Origin: Carcharhinus longimanus | Taxonomy: Eukaryota | Length of the DNA stretch: 64,000 nucleotides | NCBI GenBank assembly: GCA_030264375.1 | Contig: JASCQW010000146.1 | Span: forward strand, 39,952,659-40,016,658 | Reading direction: 5' to 3' | Shown here: positions 12,258 through 24,203 of the stretch, in pieces | Layout: every line of letters starts with the position of its first letter | Position numbering within the stretch: the stretch's first letter is position 1 | Translations under genes and position numbers: made by a program | The notes under the pieces: model-generated | Database searches by the model: none | What the model was told of the DNA's origin: nothing | The model's input: the letters and a program-made list of their open reading frames with translations, nothing else

Positions 12258-12884
12258 AAAAAAACTTCATAATGAGTATTATGGCAAAGTGGGCAAGGCA
12301 TGGGGAGTGATGGACAAGTGGAATTCTAAAGTTTAGGGCCTACACCTCAAAAGGTATTGCCAATGAGGAAAAAATTTAAGGATGCATGGGGTGGCCAAAA
12401 TTGGAGGATTGCTAAGATCGTTTAGGACTACAGGAGGCAACAGAGATATGTTCAGTACTGCTCTGCTTGACCAGGTCTTTAAAAATCTGTTTCTTCACTT
12501 CTCCTCACTTCCAAGCTCACAGACACAGCGGCAAATTGTAGCAGTTTGAGGCATGGTCAAGGAACTTGACAGGCTGGGGTTTGCGTGTGTGTTCTTGTAA
12601 AACAAAAGGACACCGAGCAGTTACTTCAACAGTATGGCCACCAACTGACAACACTTCAGTGTTGAAGAAAGAGCCTTGAATTGCTTTGCCAATAATTAGT
12701 CATTATGCTACACCTCATGGTAACTCACCATTATTGTGCAATAGTGCACAGCAGCATGGAGCCTTATTACACTTGGTTCTCCAGTAAACAAACAACTGTA
12801 TCCATTTCAGCCTTTTCTGATGCATTATCATGCCATGGCACAAGAGGTCAAAACAGCAGTATAATTTCTTTTGCTTTTGGTTGC

Positions 12885-13290
12885 TAGGTTTGGCTCAGTG
12901 TCGCACTTTCGCCTCAGAGTCAGGTGCTCAGGATTCAGGCCCAACTCTGCACCAGAGATCTGCGTACATAACAGGCTATGACTCCAGTGCTGCTACATCA
13001 GACTAACCAGAAGTGCCGTCTTCTGATTAAATAACAAACCTAGACACTATCTATCCCCTTAAATGGGTGTTCCATGACATGATTTCAAAGAGGTGAGAAA
13101 TTCTCCCTGCTGGCCTGGCCAATAATTTATCCTCCAATTAACAAATTAGCTGTTCATGGGAGTTTGCTTGTTCAAAATGGCTGCCTTGTTTCCTTTAACA
13201 GTAACTGCACTGCAAAAAGCATGCCCTGAATGTACAATGCTTTGGGATGTCTTGACGTTGTGAATGATGTTATATTAATGCAAAATTTTT
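12885..13290 (+). mobile_element. Deu-domain (SacSINE1-like) SINE, diverged
   Basis: TGGCTCAGTG...GCCTCAGAGTCAG head, TTCTCCCTG.TGGCCTGGCCAATA core, GCTTTGGGATGT...TATA.TAATGCAA L2-like tail. Confidence 0.7.
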
Positions 13291-13377
13291 CTTGCTGACC
13301 TCCCTTGGAATTCCCTACTTCCTTTACAAATTCGGGGAGCATCCATATATGGAATCTCTGCTGGCAAAGTCAGTCAA

Positions 13378-13452
13378 GATGTGGATATGCCGGCGTTGGA
13401 CTGGGGTAAACACAGTAAAAAGTCTGACAACACCAGGTTTCAGTCCAACCGA
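13378..13452. mobile_element. End of a Penelope-like shark repeat running into the gap 13453-14059
   Basis: GATATGCCGGCGTTGGACTGGGGT...ACAACACCAGGTT..AGTCCAAC with internal inverted repeat GTTGGACTG/CAGTCCAAC. Recalled as the terminal segment of an abundant elasmobranch PLE-type repeat. Confidence 0.55.
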
Positions 13453-14059
13453 NNNNNNNNNNNNNNNNNNNNNNNNNNNNNNNNNNNNNNNNNNNNNNNN
13501 NNNNNNNNNNNNNNNNNNNNNNNNNNNNNNNNNNNNNNNNNNNNNNNNNNNNNNNNNNNNNNNNNNNNNNNNNNNNNNNNNNNNNNNNNNNNNNNNNNNN
13601 NNNNNNNNNNNNNNNNNNNNNNNNNNNNNNNNNNNNNNNNNNNNNNNNNNNNNNNNNNNNNNNNNNNNNNNNNNNNNNNNNNNNNNNNNNNNNNNNNNNN
13701 NNNNNNNNNNNNNNNNNNNNNNNNNNNNNNNNNNNNNNNNNNNNNNNNNNNNNNNNNNNNNNNNNNNNNNNNNNNNNNNNNNNNNNNNNNNNNNNNNNNN
13801 NNNNNNNNNNNNNNNNNNNNNNNNNNNNNNNNNNNNNNNNNNNNNNNNNNNNNNNNNNNNNNNNNNNNNNNNNNNNNNNNNNNNNNNNNNNNNNNNNNNN
13901 NNNNNNNNNNNNNNNNNNNNNNNNNNNNNNNNNNNNNNNNNNNNNNNNNNNNNNNNNNNNNNNNNNNNNNNNNNNNNNNNNNNNNNNNNNNNNNNNNNNN
14001 NNNNNNNNNNNNNNNNNNNNNNNNNNNNNNNNNNNNNNNNNNNNNNNNNNNNNNNNNNN

Positions 14060-15348
14060 TTTTGTATCTTTCACCCGATGGAAGAAGGTAGAAAAGAGTA
14101 TGTCCAGGGTGCGTGGGGCCCTTGATTACGCTGTCTGCTTTTTCACGGCAGAGGGAAATGTAGACAGAGTCAATGGATGGGAGGCTGGTTTGTGTGATGG
14201 GCTGGGCTACATTCATGACCTTTTGTAGTTTCTTGCAGTCTTGGGAAGAACAGGAGGCATACCAAGCTGTGATACAACCAGAAAAAATGCTTTCTATGGT
14301 GCACTTGTAAAGGTTGGAGAGAGTCATAGTCAACATGCCAAATTTCCTTAGTCTTTTGAGAAAGCAGAAGCGTTGGTGGGCTTTCTGAACTATAGTGCCG
14401 GCATGGAGGGACCAGGACAGGTTGTTGCTAATCTGGACACCTAAAAACCTGAAGCTCTTTTCCATTTCTACTTCGTCCCCATTGACGTAGACGGGGGCAT
14501 GCCCTCCACTACGCTTCCAGAAGTCAATGGTTATCTCCTTTGTTCTGTTGACATTGAGCGAGAGATTGTCATCGCACCAATTCACCAGATTCTCTTTCCT
14601 GTACTCCGACTCGTCATCGTCTAAGATCCCACTCACTATGGTGGTGTCATCAGCAAACTTGAAAATCAAGTTGAAGAGGAACTTAGCCATAGTCATAGGT
14701 GTACAAGGAGTATAGTAAGGGTGTGAGGACACAGCCTTGTGGGTCACCAGTGTTGAGGATAATTGTGCAGGAGGCATTGTTGCCTATCCTTACTGATTGT
14801 GGTCTTTGGGTTAGGAAGGTCAGGGTCCAGTCACAGAGGAGCTGAGCCCCAGGCCAAAGAATTTGGTGATGAGTTGCATAGGAATAATCGTGTTGAAGGC
14901 TGAGCTGTAGTTAGTAAATGAGTCTGACATGACTCATGACATGAAAAGACATGAGTCTTTTGTTATCTAGGTGTTCCAGGGTTCGGGGGTGGAGGGCACA
15001 CTCTCGCTGACCTCTTGCTCAAATGGGTATAGAGCGCATTGAGCTCTTCGGGGAGGGTGCATTACTGCCGGCAATATTACATGCCTTCATGTTGTAATCT
15101 GTAATGTCTTGCTGGCCTTGTCATAGTCGGTGGGATGTCGTTTGGCCAGCATGAGATTCTAGCTTGGTCCAGTATTGTCTTTTGCATCTTTGATGGGTCT
15201 CCTTAGATTGTATTTTGACTTTCTTGTATAGATTAGGGTTGCCTGACCTGAACGCTTCCAACCTGGATTTCAGCAAGCTGTGAATATCCCTGTTCATCCA
15301 TGGTTTCCAGTTGGGAAACTCGCGGATTTGCTTCTTTGGCACAGTCTT
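14060..15348 (-). mobile_element. Rex1/Babar-clade non-LTR retrotransposon, RT and C-terminal region, degenerate
   Basis: ORF 13440..14777: KFADDTTIV...NLSLNVNRTKEITIDF...FRFLGVQISNNLSWS...YKCTIESIFSGCITAWYASCS, and ORF 15121..15342 FPNWKPWMN. These are motifs typical of Rex1-type ORFs; frameshifts and deletions are present. Confidence 0.85.
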
Positions 15349-15991
15349 ACATAGAACAGTACAGCATGGTGCAGGCCCTTTGGCCCTCAGTGTTGTGCCG
15401 AGCTATGTCTAATCCCAAGATCAAGCTATCCCACTCCCTATCATTCTGGTGTGCTTCATGTGCCTATGCAATAATCGCTTGAAAGTTCCTAAAGTGTTCA
15501 ATCCACTATCACAGCAGGCAGTGCATTCCACACCCCAACCACACTCTGAGTGAAGAATCTACCTTGGACATCCCTCCTATATCTCCCACCATGAAGAGGA
15601 AATATTCTCTAAACGTCCACTCTATCCCCCTCATCATCTTATAGGTCTCTATTAAGTCACCTCTCATCCTCCTCCACTCTAAAGAGAAAAGTCCCAGCTT
15701 CTGCAACCTTTCCTCATAAGATCTACCCACCAAACCAGGCAGGATCCTGGTAAATCTCCTCTGCACTCTCTCCAATGCTTCCACATCCTTCTTACAGTGA
15801 GGCGACTAGAACGGAACACAATGTTCCAAACGTGGTCTCAGCAACGGTATAGTTGCAGCGTAACCCCACAGCTCTTAAACTCAACCCCCTGTTAGTAAAC
15901 GCTAACACACAATAAGCCTTCTTCACGGATCTATCCACTTCAGTGGCAACCTTCAGAGATCTATGGATATGAGCCCCAAGATCTCTGTTCC
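15349..15991 (-). mobile_element. 5'-truncated CR1 LINE nested in the Rex1 element
   Basis: ORF 15509..15784 ALERVQRRFTRILPGL..SYEERL..LGLFSLE.RRMRGDLIETYK is the CR1 ORF2 C-terminus. 3' tail ends TGTTCTATGT; TCTT on both flanks. Confidence 0.9.
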
Positions 15992-16325
15992 TCTTCTACA
16001 CACTGACTAATGAAGTCAGTTAATATAGCGGTGTAATTGTTCAGGCTGGTCGCAGAGCTTTTTAGATACTGACCAGTCCTGTAGGAAATCATCCGATTCC
16101 TCAGACCACTGCACAATTTTCTTAAGCAGATCCTCCTGTTTCAGTTTTTGCCTGTGAACTGGGAACAGCAGCACAGCCTGGTGCTCTGATTTGCTAAAGT
16201 GTGGGTGGGTGATAGGAACGATAGGCATGTTTGATTTTGTGTAGCAGTGGTCTAGGATGTTTGGGCTTCTGGTGGAGCAGAAGGTGCGTTGGTGGTAACT
16301 CGGCAGGGCGCTCTTGGGAAGCTCC
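15992..16325 (-). mobile_element. Rex1/Babar element, AP-endonuclease end (continuation across the CR1 insertion)
   Basis: Minus strand gives ILDHCY and PHFSKSEHQAVLLFP (degenerate SDH motif); contiguous with the 15348 flank. Confidence 0.75.
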
Positions 16326-17610
16326 AGTACAGTACAATGGATTGAAATACCACCCCTGATGCTGTAAGATTCAATGATTCAAAATATCAATGGGGATGAA
16401 AATCAGCCAATTCTTCTCAAGCTTCTGTGTTGAACTAACTTGTTCAAGATGGTGCTCCTAAAGTATTTTTAAAAAACCACAAACCTTAAATAAAAAAGTG
16501 TCGGAAATACACAGCCTGCCATTCAGCCCCTAAATGAAGGAGGCAGTTTGGCATTCTGCATGCACATGTTTCATCAAAATTTCAGACTACCTGCCGCATA
16601 CTTCAGTATTTTCAGTTGTTTCAATTTTAGTGCAAGTTTCCTTCTTTTATCTGTTCTGTGAGGGGATCAGCCAGGTGCCGAGTGAGCAGAATAGTTGGCA
16701 ACAGAAGTGTGTTCATTAAGACACTGACCACAAAATAGCACCAGGAATATCATCACTAAGTAAGCACTCAGCACAGTCATAAAACTCTGCTGCTTGATAA
16801 TTTAGGAGGCATTAATGCATCTTTTTTGAGCAGGCTAATGTTACTCCTACTTTGGCATCCTGGTGTGGATTCAGGACTCATACCCTCTTCATTATCAAGA
16901 GTGCTTATACTCTGCATCACCAAGCTCCTATCATCTCCAGTCTCCCAATACTCAAATGGTCCCCAATTTTAATCCTTCATCCTTGACCCAGCTCTCCCCC
17001 CCACCCCCCATAATTGTTCCAGTCATGATTCTAACCTTCTGCATCTCTCTTCCTTTTCAATCTTTGCTACTTTGGCTTAAGCCATTGAAATAGCCACTAC
17101 AAATGTCTGCTCTCCACCTTTCAAAACCTCTCTCTTCCACTAGGTTTTCAGACAGATAACCCAAACCCAAACTCAAACTCCATGTCAGAGAGGTTCAGAC
17201 AGACCAGGGAAAACTCAAGCAAGGAACAGGTGAGCCCAGTAAGGGTTTGTGTGGGGAAAGAGCAAACCATACAGCTGAAGGTTGTCAAGAAACAGATATA
17301 TATGAAGTAAAAGAGAAAACAAGGAGGCTGAAATGAACAGAAGAGAATAACTGAGGAGACTGGGGCCTGTGAGAGCACAGGGAGTGAGAAAAGGCCAAAG
17401 AGAAATGGGAAAGATAGTCCAAGTGAAGGCAAAATTATTGGGGGAGGACTCCATCTGCCTGGGTTGGGATTCAGTGGCAGGTGTTGGACTCCTTCCCCCG
17501 ATTGCCATAATTATAGATATTGCTAGAAGTGCTCAATTCTCAAAATACTGCCACTATTTTTGGAAGACAAAGTAAGTTTTGCAAGGATGTTAATCCTACA
17601 GAAAGAGTTA

Positions 17611-17788
17611 GAAGAATCATAGAATACCTACAGTGAAAAAGGAGGCCTTTCAGCCCATCAAATCTGCGCTGACAATAATCCCACGCAGGCCATATCCCTG
17701 TAACCACACGTACTTACCCTACTAATCTCCCTGACACTAAGGAGCAATTCAGCATAGCCAATCAATTTAATCCACAAATGTTTTGGAC
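17611..17788 (-). mobile_element. 5'-truncated HE1-like V-SINE (CR1-type tail)
   Basis: Reverse complement of the 3' half shared with the copies at 29804 and 61474; ends in ATTCTATGATTCT. Confidence 0.75.
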
Positions 17789-18774
17789 ATGAGAATGAGA
17801 ATGTTTCCAGGAATGAGGGACAGTTATGTGAACAGATAGGAGAATCTGAGGATATTTTCCTCACAGCACAGAAGGTTGGGAGGACATCTGATAGGGTTGC
17901 ACACACAGCTTATAGTGAGAAACATTGGTGAACAGAGTGAGCGACAGAGGACACTGATTTATGATGAATGGCAAAACAACGAATGCCTACATGAGCAAAA
18001 ACGTTTGAAAGCACAGCCTGAATGTGAAGGTAAATTCAATTGTGGTTTTAAAAACAGAATAGGATAGCAAGTGAAGAATAAAATAAAATGCAGCATATGG
18101 GGCAGAGGAGCAGGATTCACTGAGCTGCTTTTGCAGAAAGGTGACATGGACATGTCAGGCTGCCTGGCTTGCAGTAACAATTCTATAAAAAAAGCAAATT
18201 AATAGTTTTTGTTACTTAATCAAATTAATGATTTCACTGCATTGATGGGTCTGGAATCTAGTCCGTCTTGAACTCCGGGCTTTGACTGGTTGGTAAAATA
18301 ATAGCCACGGGCTCTAAAATCTAATTGATTTTATTTTAACTACAAATCTTAACAGATCCAATTAATAAAGTTATCGGATATTTTAGTTCCTACAGATTTC
18401 CCTGAAAATTCTGTCTTACGTTAAAATACAAAGCAACTAACAGGCAATAGACATGATTCAGCTGGGGATTTGGTTTATTTATCAGCGAGGCACTTCATCA
18501 CCAGCAGGGCCCAGTGTTGAGCTGAATTCGGCACTGGGTGTTTAAAAAGAAAGACAACAGCCTAAAAAAATGCTTTAAATTAAACAAGCAGAATACAGGC
18601 ATCACTGGTCTCCAGGTATGTTTTGCCCACACTACCCCATTCAGAAAAAAGGGGCAAGGGAGGACCCAACAGACTACCTGTTTCTATCATATACAAGCTG
18701 TCCCCTTCTGAAAACACCTGACATTACCCCAGTAGGTAATATTACTATTGCCAACTGAAAGCACACAGATCATA

Positions 18775-19180
18775 GCAAATGATACTCAAGCTTAAAGTGT
18801 TAAATTATGAAGTGATTGCATTATACTACCTTCAGTTTAGAAAAATGAGGGGTGATCTGATTGAACATTTTACATTGATAAAGGGAGTTGACTGGACAGA
18901 TACAGATAAACTACTTCCTCTGGTAGGAGACATAGGACAAGACAACAATCTTAAAATGAGTGAAATCACACAAAGATAGTGGAAATTTGGAATTCTCTCC
19001 TCCAAACAAAGGCCACAGGTGCTGGAAGATAATTGGAGCTTTCAAAGCTAAGATCAAGCAAGAGACTTCTGTTGGGCAAGGATAGCAAGGCAGGTAAATG
19101 GGGCTGAAGTACAGATCTTCCATGATCCAATTTAACGCTGCAGCAGGTTCATGAGGTTGAAGACTTGTGCCTGGCACTGA
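18775..19180 (+). mobile_element. CR1 LINE 3' fragment
   Basis: ORF remnant LNYE...FRKMRGDLIE.F..IKG.D. Confidence 0.7.
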
Positions 19181-19383
19181 ATGACTCTTCACTTCATTGT
19201 CACGCAGAACAAAGCAGGAGTTGTTCCCCATCCCCACCATGAAGTCCTCACATTTAGTCAATTGATTTCTCCGTATTCACTACACTGGACAGAAACACAG
19301 GAACATAAAAAATAGGACCAGAAGTAGGCCAACTGACCTTCAAGCCCATTCCGCCACTCATCACAATCATAGCTGATCATTCA

Positions 19384-19670
19384 GCATGATGGCACAATGG
19401 CTAGCACTGCTGCCTTACAGCGACAGGGATCTGAGTTTGATTCCAGTCTCGGGTGACTATGTGTGTGGGGTTTGCACGCTCTCCTTGTGTCTTAGTGGGT
19501 TTCCTCCCACAGTCCAAAGAAATGTGCATTAGGTGGATTGGCCATGGTAAATTGCTCCTTGGCATCAGGGGGATTAGCAGGGTAAAAGTGTGTGGTTACA
19601 GGCATAGGGTCTGGGTGGGATTGCTGTCAGTGCAGAATTAATGGTCCAAATGGCCTCCTTGTGCACTGTA
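19384..19670 (+). mobile_element. HE1-like V-SINE
   Basis: TGGCACAATGGCTAGCACTGCTGCC head, TTTCCTCCCACAGTCCAAAG core, AATGGCCTCCTT..GCACTGTA tail. Confidence 0.85.
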
Positions 19671-22600
19671 TGGTCAAGAGCCACGAGAACTGTCAGTTAC
19701 TGGCTAGATTATCAAGTGCTATTGACTGAGAGGTTGGTCTGCAATGGGCCTCACATTGCTCCAAATCCCCAACTGATACCAGCAGAGAGTAACTGCATTG
19801 CATGGACCTGCCACATTCCCACAGTAATGGGCAACACTCCCAAAAAGAAATGAGAACGATGGAGGAACAAACTATGAGAGGGGAAAATGAAAAATAGAAA
19901 CCTTTCAAGCTGGCAGTGATTATAATCAGTTAAAAAACCTCTTGCGTCTCAGACTTGGGTTATACAGCTGCTAATGCACATCAATTGGGCTTTGTTGCCA
20001 AATAGTTTTTCCAACAACCCCCCCATCTCCAATTCCACCAAGCAATGTGTCAATTCCAAAAGTTCTAATGTGTTGCCGACCTGACCCAGGCTCCTGCGAA
20101 TAACGGCAGCTGTGCAGCTCAGGAGCAGGAGCTGACAAAGAATTTAACTGAGGAGCCACTCATACAAGCCGGCTGACAGTTCCACTGGTGGCAGTTTGGA
20201 GGCAAAGTCTTTAGACAGAGCAGACTGATTCCGGGCCTCCTGCAATATAATTCTGACACCATGAGGCAGCCACCAGGTGTCTCATGACAGAAAGCTCTGA
20301 AATTGAGCAGGGGGGGATGCATGTGCTAAGGGTGTAACGTGTTTCCCCAACGCCCGCTCACCCGTACGCACGCGCACACACGATGCCTAGTATCTAACCT
20401 GATTACAAAAGCTACAGACAAAACAGCATTCAGCATACAAACAGTTAATAGTGAAAGTCTCTCTCACTCACTCTCTCCTCACCCCCAGCTGTGGCCCCTT
20501 AAATATGAAAACAATCAGCGAGGAACAAAAGGTGCATCGAGTTTGCGATCTTTCAAAGCTCAAAACATTAATGCCCTTTTAAAGTAACAAAACCTTGCTC
20601 AAGCACAGTGAGTTTGTTGGGCTTACTAGAAGTTACTCAAATGAAAAAGAAGCTAGTGGATAGCCAGTTCTTATTTCATAAACGGTCTTCCAGTGCTATG
20701 CTGCATCATGGTTACCAACATATTAAACTTTCTAAATTTAATTTTAAAAGCTGCAACAGGAACTGTGCAAGCAGCTCAACTGGCTGTTNNNNNNNNNNNN
20801 NNNNNNNNNNNNNNNNNNNNNNNNNNNNNNNNNNNNNNNNNNNNNNNNNNNNNNNNNNNNNNNNNNNNGAGAACTTTGCCTCATACTGCTTACCCAGCGT
20901 AGCTTTTCATAGAGAGGAATGTATGCCCCAGTGATCAGCCACATTGCAAGGAATGACACTGCTACAGCCTGCCTGCTAAATCCATTTTAACAGTATCGAG
21001 TGTACAGCTCACCTCAGCTCTAACTCTCACAGGAAGAGGCCGGCTGTTTGGGACACCAGCCAGCAAGGGATTGAATTTTTTTTAAGCTTTTATTTCTGGC
21101 ACCAGTTCTACCAACAACAGTCACGGAGTAGATCAGCCAACAGCTTTCATTTACTGAGGAAAGAACTGGTTTCATTTAGCTCTGTGCACCAAGCCCCAGA
21201 TGGTCCGCCCAGCGTTTAATAGCTGGTGAGTGGGTTAGTCTCAAAATACTTACCACTTTGGTGTATTCTGTCATTGGATCACTTGCTTGTGTCAGATCTA
21301 TGAGCTAGGAACAACTGAAGTGGCCCTGTTTATACTGATGGCTTGATTCTGTTTGTGAACGTGATATCTGCTATGCACAGAATCAATGACAATTAAGCCA
21401 TAGGTATGTAAAACACACCGCTCAAAAGGATCAGTCAATGTACTGCCTGATAGTCGTACTGGCCCACACATGCTAGACAGATTCTGCTGCTAATTCGCAG
21501 CCTGAGTGAACTTGGCTGATCTTAGCCAGGGTGCTATTAGGGAATGCACCGAATTCATTGTTTCATCATCTTCTGTGATCAAAGGAGAATTTTATAAGCT
21601 TTCCCCTCTACACTGGAATACAGTATTTTGGGTTTTTTTTAAAGCTTCCACAGGAAAGCAGTGTGGAGATGGAGATCATAGTGTGCAGGTGCTGTACTGT
21701 GACAATACAGCACAGGATCAATGGCCCAGTGCGTCTTTTACTTTGACCTTACAGTGTGTTTGCATGATTACTATTCAATAACCCTACTGGAAAGCACACA
21801 CGTGGACATTACAGAGAACAAAATGGGAATTTGGTGCAACAGCCCTTCAAGAGGAACAGGTTACTGATGCTTAAAGGCTGGTCACATATTTGAGGTGTGA
21901 TCTACAGGGTGACGTACCAGAGCACTGGTCATGGAATTGGCCCCCTGCTTCAAGAACCACCTCCAGGAAAGTTGCACTTTCGGCCCCTCACTTGTGAGAT
22001 TAGTCTTCAGAAATAGTGCAGAGTGAAAACAGAAGTCTCCTCTATTGACTCATGTGAAATGAGTTCTGCCATTTCTCATGACCGCAATAAATGTGGTGTG
22101 CAGATATAGTGTCTTCATTACTGTACGAGAACACAGATACCTACATTCATGATCAAATTATGCCATGGACTATTAAGATTGAGTTTAGTTTAAAAATCTG
22201 AAAATAAAAGTCTACTATTTGTAATGCTGTTGCATTGTCACCAGCTTCCTTCAGGAAGTGAAACCTGTTGTCCTTGCCAGGGTCTGGTTTAGTGGTGATT
22301 CCAGTCGACCTTATGGACTTTAAGTGATCTAACAAGCTACACAGTTACATCAAACAGTTCAGAATTGCTCAAGGATTCTCCGAAAGGAAAATAAGTGTCA
22401 GCCTTGCTGGAGATGCCCATAATTCAAAAATGATTAGAAAACTTGCCTGTAATGGTGTATAGCTTGCACTAAATCAAAAAACTCAATCAGAAAAATCAGG
22501 TGACAGCGAATATAGGAAATGGAAAATGGTACTGTGGAGTAGAGAATACTCTTTTGAGACTCCTTCAAAAAAATATTGCTGAGCTCTTGATTTTAATTCA

Positions 22601-22887
22601 AATGATTCCTGGGTATAAAATATGAATACATGAGAAAAAAATCATTCTGCTTCACTCTTTTAACATGTATCTCTGGCTCACATCAAGTCATCAGGTTTTA
22701 ATAACCTCAATGATGTTGCAATATGCCATGCCATAGAGCACTCGAGCAAAGGTCTTCATCCATAATCTTCAGTGAGTTTCCATACGTAGCCACTGTTCTA
22801 CAGTGAGCACAATCATAGACGACATCATAGCTTCCTTCTGTGAAGCTTGACAGTCCAAACATGAACAAGTGAACGGAATTCAAGAGG

Positions 22888-23145
22888 TCCAGAGTCACAT
22901 CCAGAGTAGATCAGACCAGGTAAGGATGGCAGATTTTTTTCCCTAAAGGACATTAAGTCAATCAGATGGGGTTTTATGATAACTGATGTTAACTGTCAAG
23001 GTCACCATTACTGAGACTAGCTTTATACCCCAGATTTATTAAATAAAAATTTCACCATTGACTGTGGTTGGATCTGAACCCTTGTCTTCAGAATGTTAGC
23101 CCAAGCCTCTAAATTACTTGTCCAGTGATATCACTATGCCATTGC
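22888..23145 (-). mobile_element. tRNA-derived SINE, third family
   Basis: Shared core GAGTCACAT...CAGACCAGGTAAGGATGGCAGATTT..TCCCTAAAGG, also at ~51880, ~53160 and ~55440. Confidence 0.7.
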
Positions 23146-23269
23146 ATTCCCCCTAGCTTAAAATATGTTCTGTTTAATTGGTAAAATTGAACATCTGCCT
23201 AATTATCAGTATGCAGCGCAGTAAACTTTATTTAAGCCAACGTCTCAAGAGGCAACGCCCTGCCACCTT

Positions 23270-23790
23270 CAGCACAGATAAAAATTATGCTCTTTTGCTC
23301 AGCTCACAGTATTTGCAACAATATATTATTTTTCAAAATCTCAGGACATTCAAAAGCATGTACAGCCAATAAAAATACACAGGAAGCACAGCAGCCAATC
23401 TTTATAGCTGAAACACCCAGAAGATTAGTGACCAGGATAATCAGTTTTAGCGAGGGGGCCCCAGGAAAAACTCTGCTGCTTTGCATTGAATACTACCACA
23501 GGATCGTTTAAGTCAGAGACTACTTTGGCTTAATGCTTCATCTGAAAAAACAGCAGCAGACAATGCAGCACTCCTTNNNNNNNNNNNNNNNNNNNNNNNN
23601 NNNNNNNNNNNNNNNNNNNNNNNNNNNNNNNNNNNNNNNNNNNNNNNNNNNNNNNNNNNNNNNNNNNNNNNNNNNNAGCAGACAATGCAGCACTCCTTCA
23701 GTATGACACTGCAATGCTAGGCTAGATTTTGCGAGGGTTAACCTTGAGATCTGCCTCAGAGGTGAGAGCATCATCACTGCGCCACATTTG
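23270..23790 (-). mobile_element. Deu-domain SINE, diverged, spanning the N-gap 23577-23676
   Basis: GACAATGCAGCACTCCTTCAGTA...GCCTCAGAGGTGAGAG matches the 3195-3590 copy. Confidence 0.6.
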
Positions 23791-24066
23791 ACTGTATAGA
23801 TGACACAGTATCAACACAAAATACTAAGAAATCCATTTAGTGATAAGAATGCACCTTTTTCCTCATTGCATAACAACACTGAGTGTAGCAAATTAGACTA
23901 GGGGGAGGTTATTATTGGCCTTTAGGGACACCATCGCTGTTAACTAGATATTAATCAGGCATTTTATGAGCAAAGAGCACCAGTAAGCTGGCAATTATCC
24001 AGCTACAGTCAGAGAACATTGTCCTCGCAACATCTGTACTTAAGAACGATCTCGAAATTCTCCCAC

Positions 24067-24203
24067 CTGTATTTGCGCTTTCGAGAGTGAGACCGGGAGC
24101 GAGAACGTGAGCGTGACCTTGTAAAAGACCGGGAACGGGATCGAGAGCGAGATCTCGAATGCGACGACTGCGACCTGGACTTTGAACCCGTAGCTTTTGA
24201 CAT
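24067..24203 (-). CDS. THRAP3: THRAP3 first coding exon (coding part; exon starts at 24248 with 45 nt of 5'UTR)
   Basis: ATG at 24203 gives MSKATGSKSRSQSSHSRSRSRSRSRSFTRSRSRSRSRSHSRKRKY, resembling the THRAP3 N-terminus (MSK...SRSRSRSF.KSRSRSRS..RKR). In-frame TGA 6 nt upstream of the ATG. Acceptor tgcatctcctcttgacAG at 24250-24249; donor AG|GTGGGA at 24066. 137 coding nt, phase 2. Confidence 0.92.

Noticed and set aside
13292-14125. Long ORFs of 234-277 aa around 13.3-14.1 kb (also 61852-62454 and ORFs crossing other gaps)
   Set aside because: Length comes from runs of N translated as X.
16490-16630. Possible third Penelope-derived element with inverted ends
   Set aside because: Too diverged to support; hammerhead core not intact.
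23555-23698. 22-bp sequence duplicated on both sides of the 100-N gap
   Set aside because: Most simply a contig overlap or collapsed repeat; an assembly feature.
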